Part shown: positions 40,832 through 51,344 of the stretch, one piece after another | How positions within the stretch are numbered: the first letter of the stretch is position 1 | Layout: every line of letters starts with the position of its first letter | Virus record (IMG/VR): IMGVR_UViG_3300010160_000036 | Span: 12,353-76,352 of that record | Source of the DNA: a virus | Length of the DNA stretch: 64,000 nt | Direction: 5' to 3' (one strand) | Made by a program: the position numbers and the translations under genes | The notes under the pieces: generated by a model | The model's database searches: none | The model's input: only the letters and a program-made list of their open reading frames with translations | Told to the model about the DNA's origin: nothing

Positions 40832-42049
40832 ATGGCATATACAATAGTTAAAAGTGATGGAACAGTATTAACTACTATCGCTGATGGAACAATTAATACT
40901 ACTAGCACCTCTTTAGGGTTGCCTGGTAGAAACTACGCAGGGTATGGTCAGCAATTAGATACTAACTTTGTGCACCAAATAGAAAATTTTGCGTCAACAA
41001 CCCCGCCAGCAAACCCTCTAAGAGGTCAGTTATGGTATGATATCAACAATACCTTGTTGAAATTATGCCCAACTGACGGGACTTCAAACGCTAATGCCTG
41101 GATAACTATTGCAGTTAGTTCTGGAACATCAACCACAACATTTGGTTCTGTCAACGTAACCGGTAATTTGACTGCAAATAACGTTATTGCTGTTAATGGT
41201 TTATACGGAGACACAATCACTGTTCGTTTAGCTACAGTAACATCACTTGCAACTATTGCAAACGCTAACATTACTACAGCAAACATTGGTACATTAAACA
41301 CAGCAGTTATTAACGCTGGAGTAGCAAACACAACGACAGGTACATTGACTGGTACATGGACAGCAAACGGTGGCGCATCCGGTAACACATTCATTGTTAC
41401 TAACGGTAACTTAGTCGCTATCACCGGTATCAAAACAGATAACTATTACTATGCTAATGGTGGCCCGTTCAATCCAACCGGTACATACACAAACGGTAAC
41501 GTTTTTGACTATCTAACTGGTGCAAATGCAATCGTTCAATTTACTGGAAACATTGCCCCTACAAAAATTACAACAACTAATATTACTACAGGAAGTAATG
41601 TTACTAGTGGTACAATGACAGGCAACTTCACATTGACAGCAGGTTCACGATTTAACGCAACATATGCTGACTTGGCAGAACGATTTGAAGCAGATGCATA
41701 TTATGATGCAGGAACTGTAGTTGAAATGGGCGGAGACAAAGAAATTACTGCGGTGCAATACGAACTGTCAGACGATGTATTTGGTGTTGTATCTGATACA
41801 GCAGCCTACTTGATGAATGCCGGCGCCGGTGACGACAGTACACACCCGCCAATCGCAGTTGGTGGCCGTGTTAAAGTTAAAGTAACTGGTAAAGTTAAAA
41901 AAGGTCAACGTTTAGTTTCTGCTGGTAATGGCATCGCACGTGCAGCCAAACTAGGGGAAGCAACAGCATTCAACATCATTGGTCGTGCATTGGAACACAA
42001 AACAACAGATGATTTGGGTATTGTGGAAGCATTCGTTAAAATAAATTAA
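40832..42049 (+). CDS. Tail fibre-like protein with probable C-terminal autocleaving chaperone (peptidase G2-like)
   Basis: Thr/Asn/Gly-rich shaft; C-terminal YADLAE.F.AD..Y..GTVV...GRV.VKV.G.V.KG..LVS. GATAAATA upstream (40802-40809). Confidence 0.65.
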   Translation: MAYTIVKSDGTVLTTIADGTINTTSTSLGLPGRNYAGYGQQLDTNFVHQIENFASTTPPANPLRGQLWYDINNTLLKLCPTDGTSNANAWITIAVSSGTSTTTFGSVNVTGNLTANNVIAVNGLYGDTITVRLATVTSLATIANANITTANIGTLNTAVINAGVANTTTGTLTGTWTANGGASGNTFIVTNGNLVAITGIKTDNYYYANGGPFNPTGTYTNGNVFDYLTGANAIVQFTGNIAPTKITTTNITTGSNVTSGTMTGNFTLTAGSRFNATYADLAERFEADAYYDAGTVVEMGGDKEITAVQYELSDDVFGVVSDTAAYLMNAGAGDDSTHPPIAVGGRVKVKVTGKVKKGQRLVSAGNGIARAAKLGEATAFNIIGRALEHKTTDDLGIVEAFVKIN

Positions 42050-42059
42050 GGGATAATAG

Positions 42060-43013
42060 ATGAGCTACGCACAATTTCAAACAATAGCAGCCGCAGACTT
42101 TAACGGTCTAGTTGGTGCAAACCCCGGAAGTACGGCAAACGTGTTAAACACTGTTTGGGCAACAGGTTCTGTAGCAGCCGGGTATGGACAAACTGCTGAG
42201 GGAAATGTTGCAGTGGGTGATACCATTACTGCTATCAAGTGGGCTAACTTAGTTAATAAAACTGCAAGCGCAGCAACACACCAAGGGTCAAGTATTACTG
42301 CTGTTAGTGCCCCGGTTACAGGTGGAACAATTACATACCTGTCAGCTATCCCAACTAACTTAACTACAATTTATTCTAATAAGGCAAATGCTTCACCTGC
42401 ACACAGTACAACAACTGCTAACACAGCTACTACAGTAGCTACTTGGACTGACATTGCAACATTTACTCATACCGTTACATTCGCTAACGGTGATGCTACT
42501 CGTTATTTCTTCAACTCAGGTGGACAATTAGCAGTTACTGTTGCACATCCTTCAGGAACTGGTATCAATTTGCTTTTAAACAATTTATGTTCAAATGTTG
42601 GTACAGTGGTATTAAGCTCACCTGTATCTGGTACAGCAAGTATTGCAGGTACGTCTTACAACGGTGTGACACGTATAGGTGGAGGTGGCAATGCTCCAAC
42701 TATTGCTACTAACACTGGATATTATGCATTGACAACAGCCAATGCAAACGTTTATTATCAAACTGCATCAACTGGCCCGGCTGGTTACCTATCAACTAAC
42801 ATTAATATCTTTATTAAAACTAATGGTACAGTTGGGTCAAACGGTGACGTAGGTAACATTGTGACCATCACTACGGTTTGGGATGAAATTCCAAACGGGT
42901 TAATAGTCGCATCTGGTTCTACTACTACTGTTACAGCTAGGGTCCCGGAAACAACCAACTTAGCCAACAGTTGGGGAACTATTTCCCTAGCAGGCTCTGT
43001 AACACAATCTTAA
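42060..43013 (+). CDS. Thr/Ala/Gly-rich virion fibre/structural protein
   Basis: Composition, RYFFNSGG motif and position at the end of the fibre block. Confidence 0.55.
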   Translation: MSYAQFQTIAAADFNGLVGANPGSTANVLNTVWATGSVAAGYGQTAEGNVAVGDTITAIKWANLVNKTASAATHQGSSITAVSAPVTGGTITYLSAIPTNLTTIYSNKANASPAHSTTTANTATTVATWTDIATFTHTVTFANGDATRYFFNSGGQLAVTVAHPSGTGINLLLNNLCSNVGTVVLSSPVSGTASIAGTSYNGVTRIGGGGNAPTIATNTGYYALTTANANVYYQTASTGPAGYLSTNINIFIKTNGTVGSNGDVGNIVTITTVWDEIPNGLIVASGSTTTVTARVPETTNLANSWGTISLAGSVTQS

Positions 43014-43038
43014 TTTTTATCAACGTCTTGGTATCTAT

Positions 43039-43045
43039 CTAAATA
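43039..43045 (+). promoter_or_regulatory. Late promoter motif CTAAATA heading the modification operon
   Basis: Same motif as before the structural genes, followed by AGGAG SD and ATG 43063. Confidence 0.55.
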
Positions 43046-43062
43046 CTCTTAGGAGTACACAG

Positions 43063-43368
43063 ATGGATACCAAGACCTTAATTGCTGATGCAAAAGCCAG
43101 ATTTAATCACAACAGTGCCAAAGCACAATTAAAAGACAAATATGATGGTAAGTTTATTGTTGCCGATCAAGGAGGACTATGGAAAGCCAATTTAGAAATC
43201 ATTACTATCCTTAGTTCTTATGATGAAGATGATATTATATTAATAGACAATTTTGATAATCCGGTTAAAGTTAACCGCATTGAGTTACTAACTAAATTAA
43301 AAATTACATATAAATCTGTAATGGAAACATGGTATACTGAATGGAAAGAAATAGAGTCTAATCGATGA
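43063..43368 (+). CDS. Hypothetical protein
   Basis: Strong SD; ATGA overlap with the next gene. Confidence 0.75.
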   Translation: MDTKTLIADAKARFNHNSAKAQLKDKYDGKFIVADQGGLWKANLEIITILSSYDEDDIILIDNFDNPVKVNRIELLTKLKITYKSVMETWYTEWKEIESNR

Positions 43369-44165
43369 ACAGAGGCGCAATATTATTTGCGTTCAACTCG
43401 CCAAAGTTTGATTACTATAAAATGGCAGTTGCTACTGCAAAAAGAATCAATCACTTTTTAAATATTCCTGTTACTGTGGTGACAGATGAAAAGTCCATCA
43501 CGGACCAAACATATGTATTTGATAAAGTAATTACGATGACACCTGATCTTAATAACATACGTGAGGGATCTATTTGGATTAATAAAGGTCGTTATCAAGC
43601 ATATGATTATTCACCGTATGATGAAACATTATTATTAGATACAGACTATATGGTCAACTCAAATAAGCTGTTACAAGTATTTAATTATTATGATGATTTT
43701 TGTTGTCATGATACAACTAGTTTTCTAATGCAGCCCGGAGTACCACAAGAGATTCTTAGTGCATATAGTTTTAAAACATTATGGGCTACTATTGTTGCAT
43801 TTAAAAAAACAAATAGAGCTAAACAAATATTTGAATGTTTAGAAATGATTCAAAAAAACTATGATCACTATTGTAATCTACATAGTTTTGTAGGCGGTGT
43901 ATATCGCAACGATTACGCATTGACATTGGCACTTAGAATTGCGAATGGGCATTCGGATAATAAACAAGATATTATTCCTTGGAATTTAATTCATGTGGGT
44001 AAAAACACAAGCATATATAAAAACTTCAATTATGAGTTTAACACTGAATACACAGTTATGTATGATAATTGGCAACGTGGTAAAATTCGTAAAGAATATA
44101 TTACTATCAAAGACATGGACTTTCATGTAATGAATAAATTAAACTTTATGGAGCTTATAACATGA
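43365..44165 (+). CDS. GT-A fold glycosyltransferase-like protein (GT8-like)
   Basis: SPYDETLLLDTDY (DxD), ND-containing motif RNDYA, C-terminal FH..K. Confidence 0.7.
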   Translation: MNRGAILFAFNSPKFDYYKMAVATAKRINHFLNIPVTVVTDEKSITDQTYVFDKVITMTPDLNNIREGSIWINKGRYQAYDYSPYDETLLLDTDYMVNSNKLLQVFNYYDDFCCHDTTSFLMQPGVPQEILSAYSFKTLWATIVAFKKTNRAKQIFECLEMIQKNYDHYCNLHSFVGGVYRNDYALTLALRIANGHSDNKQDIIPWNLIHVGKNTSIYKNFNYEFNTEYTVMYDNWQRGKIRKEYITIKDMDFHVMNKLNFMELIT

Positions 44166-44923
44166 CCAAAGGTTTTGTAATTATGGCACAGGATACTGAA
44201 AAAGTCAGTTATACGAAATGTGCTGAAATGTTAAAAAAATCTATATTAAGCGTGATGGCGGGGGCTAATGTAACTATCATCACAACTGATATGCTACCCC
44301 ACGGCGATCAAGCACCTGGTAGTAATTGGAAATTAATCAATGATTGGCAAGTATATGAAGCTAGCCCATATGATGAAACAATTAAATTAGAAGCAGATAT
44401 GTATCTACCGCGTAATATTGAACACTGGTGGAATATATTGTCAATTAACGATGTAAATATTTGCACGACTATTAGAAACTTTAAAGGTGAGATTTCTCAT
44501 AACAGAGGGTACAGAAAGTTCATTGATGATAACAACTTACCTGACACTTACAATGCTATCACTTACTTTAAAAAGTCAGATACCGCAGAACAGTTCTTTG
44601 GTATTGTTAGAGATGTGTTTGAAAATTGGGAAGATTATAAGACAATAATGAAATGTAATCCACAGGAAGAAGCAACAACTGATTGGGTATATGCCATAGC
44701 AAGTCATATTGTTGGTGTAGAGAAAACCACTCTTCCCGGCTTTACCGAATTTTGTATGACACACATGAAGCAATTCATTAATGACATGCCCACTGAGAAT
44801 TGGACAGACACATTAGTATATGAATGTTTTCCTGATATGATACGCATCAACACTTGTCCACAGTCTTACCCACTTCACTATCATGTTAAGAGCTTTGTTG
44901 ATATAATAGGAGAACAAGTCTAA
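44162..44923 (+). CDS. GT-A fold glycosyltransferase-like protein (paralogue, ExD variant)
   Basis: SPYDETIKLEADM, YFKK...A.QFF, HYH.K; clear similarity to the upstream gene. Confidence 0.65.
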   Translation: MTKGFVIMAQDTEKVSYTKCAEMLKKSILSVMAGANVTIITTDMLPHGDQAPGSNWKLINDWQVYEASPYDETIKLEADMYLPRNIEHWWNILSINDVNICTTIRNFKGEISHNRGYRKFIDDNNLPDTYNAITYFKKSDTAEQFFGIVRDVFENWEDYKTIMKCNPQEEATTDWVYAIASHIVGVEKTTLPGFTEFCMTHMKQFINDMPTENWTDTLVYECFPDMIRINTCPQSYPLHYHVKSFVDIIGEQV

Positions 44924-45258
44924 TGGAACACGTACTTATTTGGGAACCCAAACCAATACCTAAAGTTGAATTTAGATTATATTATGACGACAAGGGTAAA
45001 GTGATATGTTATTCCGGAGAGCAATTAGACGGTAATTATATCATTATAGATGCCGCAACATATGCAGAAGGTCGCCCTGATATAAGGATTATTGATGGTA
45101 AAATATCAAAAGCATCTACAAGTGCAATAGTTACTAAGTTAATTGCAAATGATGTTGAAGGGATTGAGTGTGCATTTGAAGATGTAAGCATAGTGATTGA
45201 TAGTAGTTATATTGGTAAAAAACAAAAATGGAAGTTAGATATACATGAGCTTGGATGA
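44923..45258 (+). CDS. Hypothetical protein
   Basis: TAATG-coupled ORF within the operon. Confidence 0.7.
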   Translation: MEHVLIWEPKPIPKVEFRLYYDDKGKVICYSGEQLDGNYIIIDAATYAEGRPDIRIIDGKISKASTSAIVTKLIANDVEGIECAFEDVSIVIDSSYIGKKQKWKLDIHELG

Positions 45259-46198
45259 TATTATTGACGTAGCAGACTTGGACTGCATTTATCTAAGTTA
45301 TGATGAGCCACAAAAAGAAGAATTTTGGCTTAAAGTAAAGAACATGGTGCCTTGGGCAAAGCGTGTTGATAATGTTAAAGGTAGTGACGCAGCACACAAG
45401 GCTGCAGGTGAAGCAAGTGATACAGAACGATTTATTCTAATTGATGGTGACAACATGCCAGAAGAAAGTTTCTTCAACATTCAGTTAGACTTTACAACTA
45501 AAGACGAAACATTTAGAAAAGCACAGTTTAGATGGAAAGCAATTAACAGTATCAATGGCTTGCGCTATGGTAATGGTGGTATGAGCAGTTGGACAAAGAC
45601 TTACGTGCGTGAAATGCAAACGCATGAGCATCAAACGGAGGGTGATGTTTCACGTATAGCTGACTTTTGTTTAGACAGCAAAGATAATCTATATTGGGCG
45701 ATGCATGATTGTTACAGTACAACATATCCTAACTATACAAGTTTTCAAGCATGGCGTGCAGGTTTCCGTGAAGGTGTTAAAATGAGTTTGAATCGAGGCG
45801 TGCGCCCAACGGTAGATGAATTCAAAGAAACAGTTGCAAGCAGAAATTTAAATAATTTGACCATCTGGCAGAACGTGGGAATAGATGTAGAGAACGGTGA
45901 GTGGGCGATCATGGGAGCACGTATGGGAACTCATATGACTATGCTAACTGATTGGGACGTACATAATGTTCAATGGTTTGATAACTATCCTGCAATGTGG
46001 GAAACAGTTAAAGATGAAGACCCACTAGAACTATCAGAATCATATGGTGTTGAACTAAGTACCAAACTAGGACTACCTATGTGTGTGTTAGATAGAGAAC
46101 AAAGTAAATTCTTTAAACGTCATTATGGATCAAACTTTCATAACAAAGGTCCATTAGTAACTGAGATGGAAGTGATTCGTAAGATTGAAGGTTGGTAA
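45245..46198 (+). CDS. GT-A fold nucleotide-sugar transferase-like protein
   Basis: SYDEP...AH..A....FILIDGDN (DxD) pattern. Confidence 0.55.
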   Translation: MSLDDIIDVADLDCIYLSYDEPQKEEFWLKVKNMVPWAKRVDNVKGSDAAHKAAGEASDTERFILIDGDNMPEESFFNIQLDFTTKDETFRKAQFRWKAINSINGLRYGNGGMSSWTKTYVREMQTHEHQTEGDVSRIADFCLDSKDNLYWAMHDCYSTTYPNYTSFQAWRAGFREGVKMSLNRGVRPTVDEFKETVASRNLNNLTIWQNVGIDVENGEWAIMGARMGTHMTMLTDWDVHNVQWFDNYPAMWETVKDEDPLELSESYGVELSTKLGLPMCVLDREQSKFFKRHYGSNFHNKGPLVTEMEVIRKIEGW

Positions 46199-46860
46199 TG
46201 CAATTATATGATCCATCTAAGAAAGGTACAATCGTAGTTGGACATATGCGTTCAGGTTCTCAATATTTATTGAGTCTAGTTAAACTAGAATTGCAAAAAA
46301 ATAATGTTGAATTTGATGACAACGGAGAATACTTTAAAGATATATTCAGTGCCATTAGATATACTGATAATAGTTACTCATTCTTAAATGTTATTGACAA
46401 AATAAAAGAACAGGACATTGGTACTAATTATAGTGTGGGTACTATTGTCTATCCTAATAGCTTAGATATGATTAGTCAGCATAAGTCAAATTATAATTAT
46501 TTTTCTAATAATTATCATCTTATTAAAATGATTAGAAAAGATGTTATGGCACAATTTATGTCATACATGATATTTATTGAATCAAAGGCACTACATAGCG
46601 GTATAAAATCAATAGACGAAGTTAAAATAAATACTCCTTATACAGCAGGCAGAATTCATATAATATATTATTTAAATAAACTATTAGAATTGGACAGATT
46701 TAAGACTGATACAACTATATACTATGAAGATTTACCGCACTTACCCACACCAGGTCTAACAAAAAATAATTATAATATGACTCCTAAAGAATTTTTTAAA
46801 AATTACGATGATATTGCAAATCAAATTAACGAATTAAATATAACACATTATGAGCGGTGA
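46192..46860 (+). CDS. Sulfotransferase-like protein (P-loop PAPS-binding)
   Basis: 5'-PSB-like HMRSGSQYL, 3'-PB-like IRKDVMAQFMS, C-terminal IYYEDL. Confidence 0.6.
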   Translation: MVMQLYDPSKKGTIVVGHMRSGSQYLLSLVKLELQKNNVEFDDNGEYFKDIFSAIRYTDNSYSFLNVIDKIKEQDIGTNYSVGTIVYPNSLDMISQHKSNYNYFSNNYHLIKMIRKDVMAQFMSYMIFIESKALHSGIKSIDEVKINTPYTAGRIHIIYYLNKLLELDRFKTDTTIYYEDLPHLPTPGLTKNNYNMTPKEFFKNYDDIANQINELNITHYER

Positions 46861-48415
46861 ATACGATCAATTCGCTAGAGATATGCGTGACCGCTTGAAT
46901 GCGGTAAGTCCATCACTATGTCTTGCTAAGTGGCAACAAGTTTCTATACACTTACCTAGTGGATTGACACAGAGTTGCTATCACCCACCTACTCATAAAA
47001 TACCTCTAGAGTTATTGAAAGATAAGCCTAGCGTATTACACAACACCCCAATTAAAATACATGAACGTAAGCAAATGCTTGAGGGAAAAAGACCTGAAGG
47101 TTGTAGTTATTGCTGGAAAGTAGAAGATGCTAAGAGTGATGATCCTAAAGGTCATATGAGTGACAGACATTATCGTAGCAGTGAATGGTGGAATGCACCC
47201 ACATTTGAAGAAGTAACTCAAAACAAGTTTGATTATGATGTTGTCCCTCGATATGTAGAAGTTAACTTTAATCAAGCATGTAACTTTAAGTGTATGTATT
47301 GTAGTCCTCATCTTTCTAGTAGTTGGGAAGAAGAGGTTAAAAAGCACGGTGGTTATCAATTAACCGGTATGATACATAATAACTTAGAAGCATTAGAACA
47401 AAAAGGAATGATGCCACTCAAGGTTGCAAATAAAGACAACCCCTATGTTGAAGCATTCTGGCAATGGTTTCCTGAAATCTATCGCAAATTACGGGTGTTC
47501 AGAATGACAGGTGGCGAGCCACTTATGGACAAAAACACATTCAAAGTGTTAGATTATGTAAATGAAAATCCTCATGGTCAACTTGAAGTAAGTATAACAA
47601 GTAATATGTGTCCGCCGGATCAAAAATTGTTTGATAGGTTTGTGGATAAAGTCAAAGCACTAGAAGAACTACGTACCTACGAAGATAAAGAAAACTTCAA
47701 TGTACATAGCGGTAACAACTGGTATGTAGACAAAGGATTCAAGCACTTTTGGTTGTTTGTATCATTAGACGGCTTTGGTGAGCAAGCAGAATATATGAGA
47801 ACTGGATTAGAGTTCGAACGCATGTTGAATAACGTTAGAACTTTCTTACGTGAAACAAAATATTCTACTGTGAGTTTTATTAACACATTCAATATCATGT
47901 CTATACCAAGTCTGCACAATTTCCTAGCTATGGTTTTAGAATTACGGGCAGAGTTTGGTGGAAGAAGCCAAGTTGAGTTTGAGATTAGTCCTGATCAAAC
48001 TGAGACTGAAAAAGAGAACAACATTGTTCACAAAGTTTATACCCAAAAAAAATATCAACGTGTATTCTTTGATATTCCAATACTAAGATATCCACCTTGG
48101 TTCAACATTCAGAATGCAGGACTATATGGTATCGATGAAGTAGAACGTTGTCTAAAGTATATGGAAGACAACGTACAAGGTGATGACTATCTGGAAACAT
48201 TTGAGGGATTTAAACCGTATGAGATATTGAAAATTAAACGAGACCTTGCTATAATGAAAGAATCTCTACCTCAAGATCAATTACTACTAAATAAAAAGAA
48301 CTTCTATATGTTCATCACTGAATATGATAGACGCAGGCAGACTAATTTTATGGAAACGTTTCCGGAACTAAAAAGTTACTGGAGAGAATGTATCAAAGCA
48401 CACACCAAACATTAA
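46850..48415 (+). CDS. Radical SAM enzyme 1, N-terminal twitch-like domain (C/H type)
   Basis: CNFKCMYC, TGGEP; N-terminal CLAKW..SCYH..CSYCW. Confidence 0.92.
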   Translation: MSGEYDQFARDMRDRLNAVSPSLCLAKWQQVSIHLPSGLTQSCYHPPTHKIPLELLKDKPSVLHNTPIKIHERKQMLEGKRPEGCSYCWKVEDAKSDDPKGHMSDRHYRSSEWWNAPTFEEVTQNKFDYDVVPRYVEVNFNQACNFKCMYCSPHLSSSWEEEVKKHGGYQLTGMIHNNLEALEQKGMMPLKVANKDNPYVEAFWQWFPEIYRKLRVFRMTGGEPLMDKNTFKVLDYVNENPHGQLEVSITSNMCPPDQKLFDRFVDKVKALEELRTYEDKENFNVHSGNNWYVDKGFKHFWLFVSLDGFGEQAEYMRTGLEFERMLNNVRTFLRETKYSTVSFINTFNIMSIPSLHNFLAMVLELRAEFGGRSQVEFEISPDQTETEKENNIVHKVYTQKKYQRVFFDIPILRYPPWFNIQNAGLYGIDEVERCLKYMEDNVQGDDYLETFEGFKPYEILKIKRDLAIMKESLPQDQLLLNKKNFYMFITEYDRRRQTNFMETFPELKSYWRECIKAHTKH

Positions 48416-48423
48416 GGAATAAA

Positions 48424-49947
48424 ATGGCAGGCAAGAAACACGAAGAATCATTTGCACAATATAAATCACGACTTATTGACCCAATTAGTGACAGTTATTG
48501 TGCCGCTAAATGGTTGAATGCTACAATTTGGCTAGGTAACGGACAAACTACTAGTTGTCATCACCCATTAGGTCATCAAATTGACGCAAAAGAATTACTC
48601 ACAAATCCGTCTGCAATTCACAATACGCCGCACAAGAAACTAATGCGTAAGATGATGCAGGAAGGTCAGCGCCCTCAAGAATGTGAATATTGCTGGAAGA
48701 TTGAAGACATTGGTCGGGATAACATGAGTGACCGTGTTTATAAAACTGCTGTATTCGAAGAATCAGATATTCTTAAAACTGCTACCGCTGATTGGCAAGA
48801 GAATACGATGTTAAAAACATTAGAGATTTCTTTTGATCGTACTTGTAATTTTGCTTGTTCATATTGCAACCCTTCGTTTAGTACAACATGGGTTAAAGAC
48901 ATTCACAAATTTGGCCCATATCGTAACATTGACGGTGATGCACGTAGTCACTTTATTAATGAAGCTGACCATGCTAAACCACTACCGGAAGATATTAACC
49001 CATACAGTCAAGCGTTCTGGCGTTGGTGGGAAGAAGGTCTTGCAGACAATTTAGAAGAAATTCGCATTACGGGTGGTGAACCACTTATGGCTCCCGGTGT
49101 TTGGAAGTTGTTTGAGTGGTTTCGTAATAACCAAGAACGGGCGATAAATCGTCCAGATGGTAAGGTATTGCGCTATGCTATCAATAGTAACTTAGTTCCT
49201 AAAGATGATATTATGGACAAATTGATAGAGTACAGTCAGTTTGTTCCTTACATGGAAGTCTATACAAGTTGTGAATCATTTGGTGCTCATGCTGAATACA
49301 TTCGTGATGGACTTGATTGTAACAAATGGATTCATAACTTAGGTAGATTACACACTGAAGGTAATATTAAAAAGACACACATGATGATGACTATCAACAG
49401 CTTGTGTTTGGCTAGCATTGTACAATTTATGGACCAGATGATGGAATTTAAAAAGATTCATAATACAGTTTATCCCACAATGAGTTTGAACATCTTGCGT
49501 TTCCCTAGCTTTCAAAGTTGTGCTATGCTGCCAACAGAGATTCGTCAGAAATATAAAGACCTGCTACAAGTATGGTTAGACAATCAGATTGCTATGGATT
49601 TCCGCACTACTGATGGTAAACAAATGTTTATGAGCATTGAACGTGAACAAACACAACGATTGATTGACTACCTTGACGTTATCAAGACACCACACAAGAA
49701 TGTTAAAGACATTGAACAGAATCGTAGAGACTTTAAGCAGTTCTATGCTCAGTATGATGTCCGTCGTGGTAAAAGCTTCCGTAATACTTTCCCACCAGAG
49801 TTTGTTGCATTCTACGATAGTATTCAAACAGAGTTACCAACGGCGGATGAAATCATCACACAGAATTATCGTCAAGGGGTTGATTTAATCCCTGATCATC
49901 CACCGGAAGATCCTAGTAAAGATGTATTCTTTAACCCAGATTTATAA
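48424..49947 (+). CDS. Radical SAM enzyme 2, N-terminal twitch-like domain (C/H type)
   Basis: CNFACSYC, TGGEP; CAAKW..SCHH..CEYCW. ATG 48424 follows a TAAGGA SD. Confidence 0.92.
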   Translation: MAGKKHEESFAQYKSRLIDPISDSYCAAKWLNATIWLGNGQTTSCHHPLGHQIDAKELLTNPSAIHNTPHKKLMRKMMQEGQRPQECEYCWKIEDIGRDNMSDRVYKTAVFEESDILKTATADWQENTMLKTLEISFDRTCNFACSYCNPSFSTTWVKDIHKFGPYRNIDGDARSHFINEADHAKPLPEDINPYSQAFWRWWEEGLADNLEEIRITGGEPLMAPGVWKLFEWFRNNQERAINRPDGKVLRYAINSNLVPKDDIMDKLIEYSQFVPYMEVYTSCESFGAHAEYIRDGLDCNKWIHNLGRLHTEGNIKKTHMMMTINSLCLASIVQFMDQMMEFKKIHNTVYPTMSLNILRFPSFQSCAMLPTEIRQKYKDLLQVWLDNQIAMDFRTTDGKQMFMSIEREQTQRLIDYLDVIKTPHKNVKDIEQNRRDFKQFYAQYDVRRGKSFRNTFPPEFVAFYDSIQTELPTADEIITQNYRQGVDLIPDHPPEDPSKDVFFNPDL

Positions 49948-51344
49948 TGACAAACAAAATAATCCCTGTATGGGAACACGCTAAGCCGCACAAAGATAGT
50001 AAGAACAAGGTGTTCTGTATGGCACCTTGGACTCATACTTATATCAGTCCGCAATCTGAAAGACGATTGTGCTGTGCCTCACGTGAAGAACACTCATTTC
50101 AAAAACAATATATTGATAGTAGTAACGATTCAAAGTATGGAACTGTTACTGAAAGTAAGACAGCACTAGATGACTACCAACCAGTAAGTTTAAAAGAACA
50201 CTGGAATAGTGAATACATGAAAGACATTCGTGTGAAGCTAATGCGCGGCGAAGAGATTCCTCAATGTGATGTATGCAACAAGAACTTGTTGATGGAAGGT
50301 TATAGTTATCGTGGCTGGTTTACCGGCACCCTATTCAAAGATAAGATAGAAGAAGCTTTTGATAAGACAGATGACACTGGTTATACAACAATGGAACCAA
50401 TAAGTTTTGATTATCGCTTTAGTAATCTATGTAACTTTAAGTGCCGTATGTGCGGTGAGCAATTATCTAGTTCATGGGAAACTGAAAAGAAAGTAAATAA
50501 TCTTTGGAACGAAAAGAATCAACCATTCATGATTCCTGAAATCAAATCAGCAATGAAAACTTTCCAAGAAGAAGTTGTTGAAGTTGAATTTCGTGATGCA
50601 GTAAGTCGTGGCATTGTAGAAGAAATGTATTGGGTCGGTGGTGAGCCATTAATGTACGATATTCACTGGTGGACACTAGAAGAAATGTTAAAAAATGGTT
50701 CTTCTAAGAATTGCTACATGCGTTATAATAGTAATTTAAGTCGTGTTCAATTTGGTCAAAAGAATCTGTATGATTATCTTCCATTGTACAAAGATTGGAT
50801 GATGTGTGCTAGCATTGATGGTACAGGCGAGATTGTAGAATACATTCGCACGGGTATCAAGTGGGACAAATGGCTTGAAAATTTTAAGAAAGGTCTAGAA
50901 CTACCCAATGGCAAAGACAAGATGATACTTGACTTGACATTAACCGCACCCGGTATGTTCTCGCTTAAAGAGTTGTTTGACTTGAGTATTGAGTTAGATG
51001 TTAAAATTGAAACTAAAACGACATTTGGCTTTCATGCTGATATTATGTGGACCCCATTAAGTTGGCCACGTGAAATATTAGACGAAGTGATTGATGATAT
51101 CCTTGCATATATTACACCACGCGCTACTTGGAAGCAAGCAACATTAATTGGTAACTTAGAAGCACTAAAGAATACACGTAAGACACATGAAGAAGAATGG
51201 CCTGATACTTATAAGCAAGCCGCATTGAACGGCAAGAATTGGGTCAAGAGATTAGAAAGTATCCGTGGAGATACAGATGTTACAATGCGTAGTATATACA
51301 GTCGCAATTCAAAACTATTGCAATGGTGGGACAACATAGGATGA
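49947..51344 (+). CDS. Radical SAM enzyme 3, N-terminal twitch-like domain (CC type)
   Basis: CNFKCRMC, VGGEP; CMAPW..LCC..CDVC. Confidence 0.92.
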   Translation: MTNKIIPVWEHAKPHKDSKNKVFCMAPWTHTYISPQSERRLCCASREEHSFQKQYIDSSNDSKYGTVTESKTALDDYQPVSLKEHWNSEYMKDIRVKLMRGEEIPQCDVCNKNLLMEGYSYRGWFTGTLFKDKIEEAFDKTDDTGYTTMEPISFDYRFSNLCNFKCRMCGEQLSSSWETEKKVNNLWNEKNQPFMIPEIKSAMKTFQEEVVEVEFRDAVSRGIVEEMYWVGGEPLMYDIHWWTLEEMLKNGSSKNCYMRYNSNLSRVQFGQKNLYDYLPLYKDWMMCASIDGTGEIVEYIRTGIKWDKWLENFKKGLELPNGKDKMILDLTLTAPGMFSLKELFDLSIELDVKIETKTTFGFHADIMWTPLSWPREILDEVIDDILAYITPRATWKQATLIGNLEALKNTRKTHEEEWPDTYKQAALNGKNWVKRLESIRGDTDVTMRSIYSRNSKLLQWWDNIG

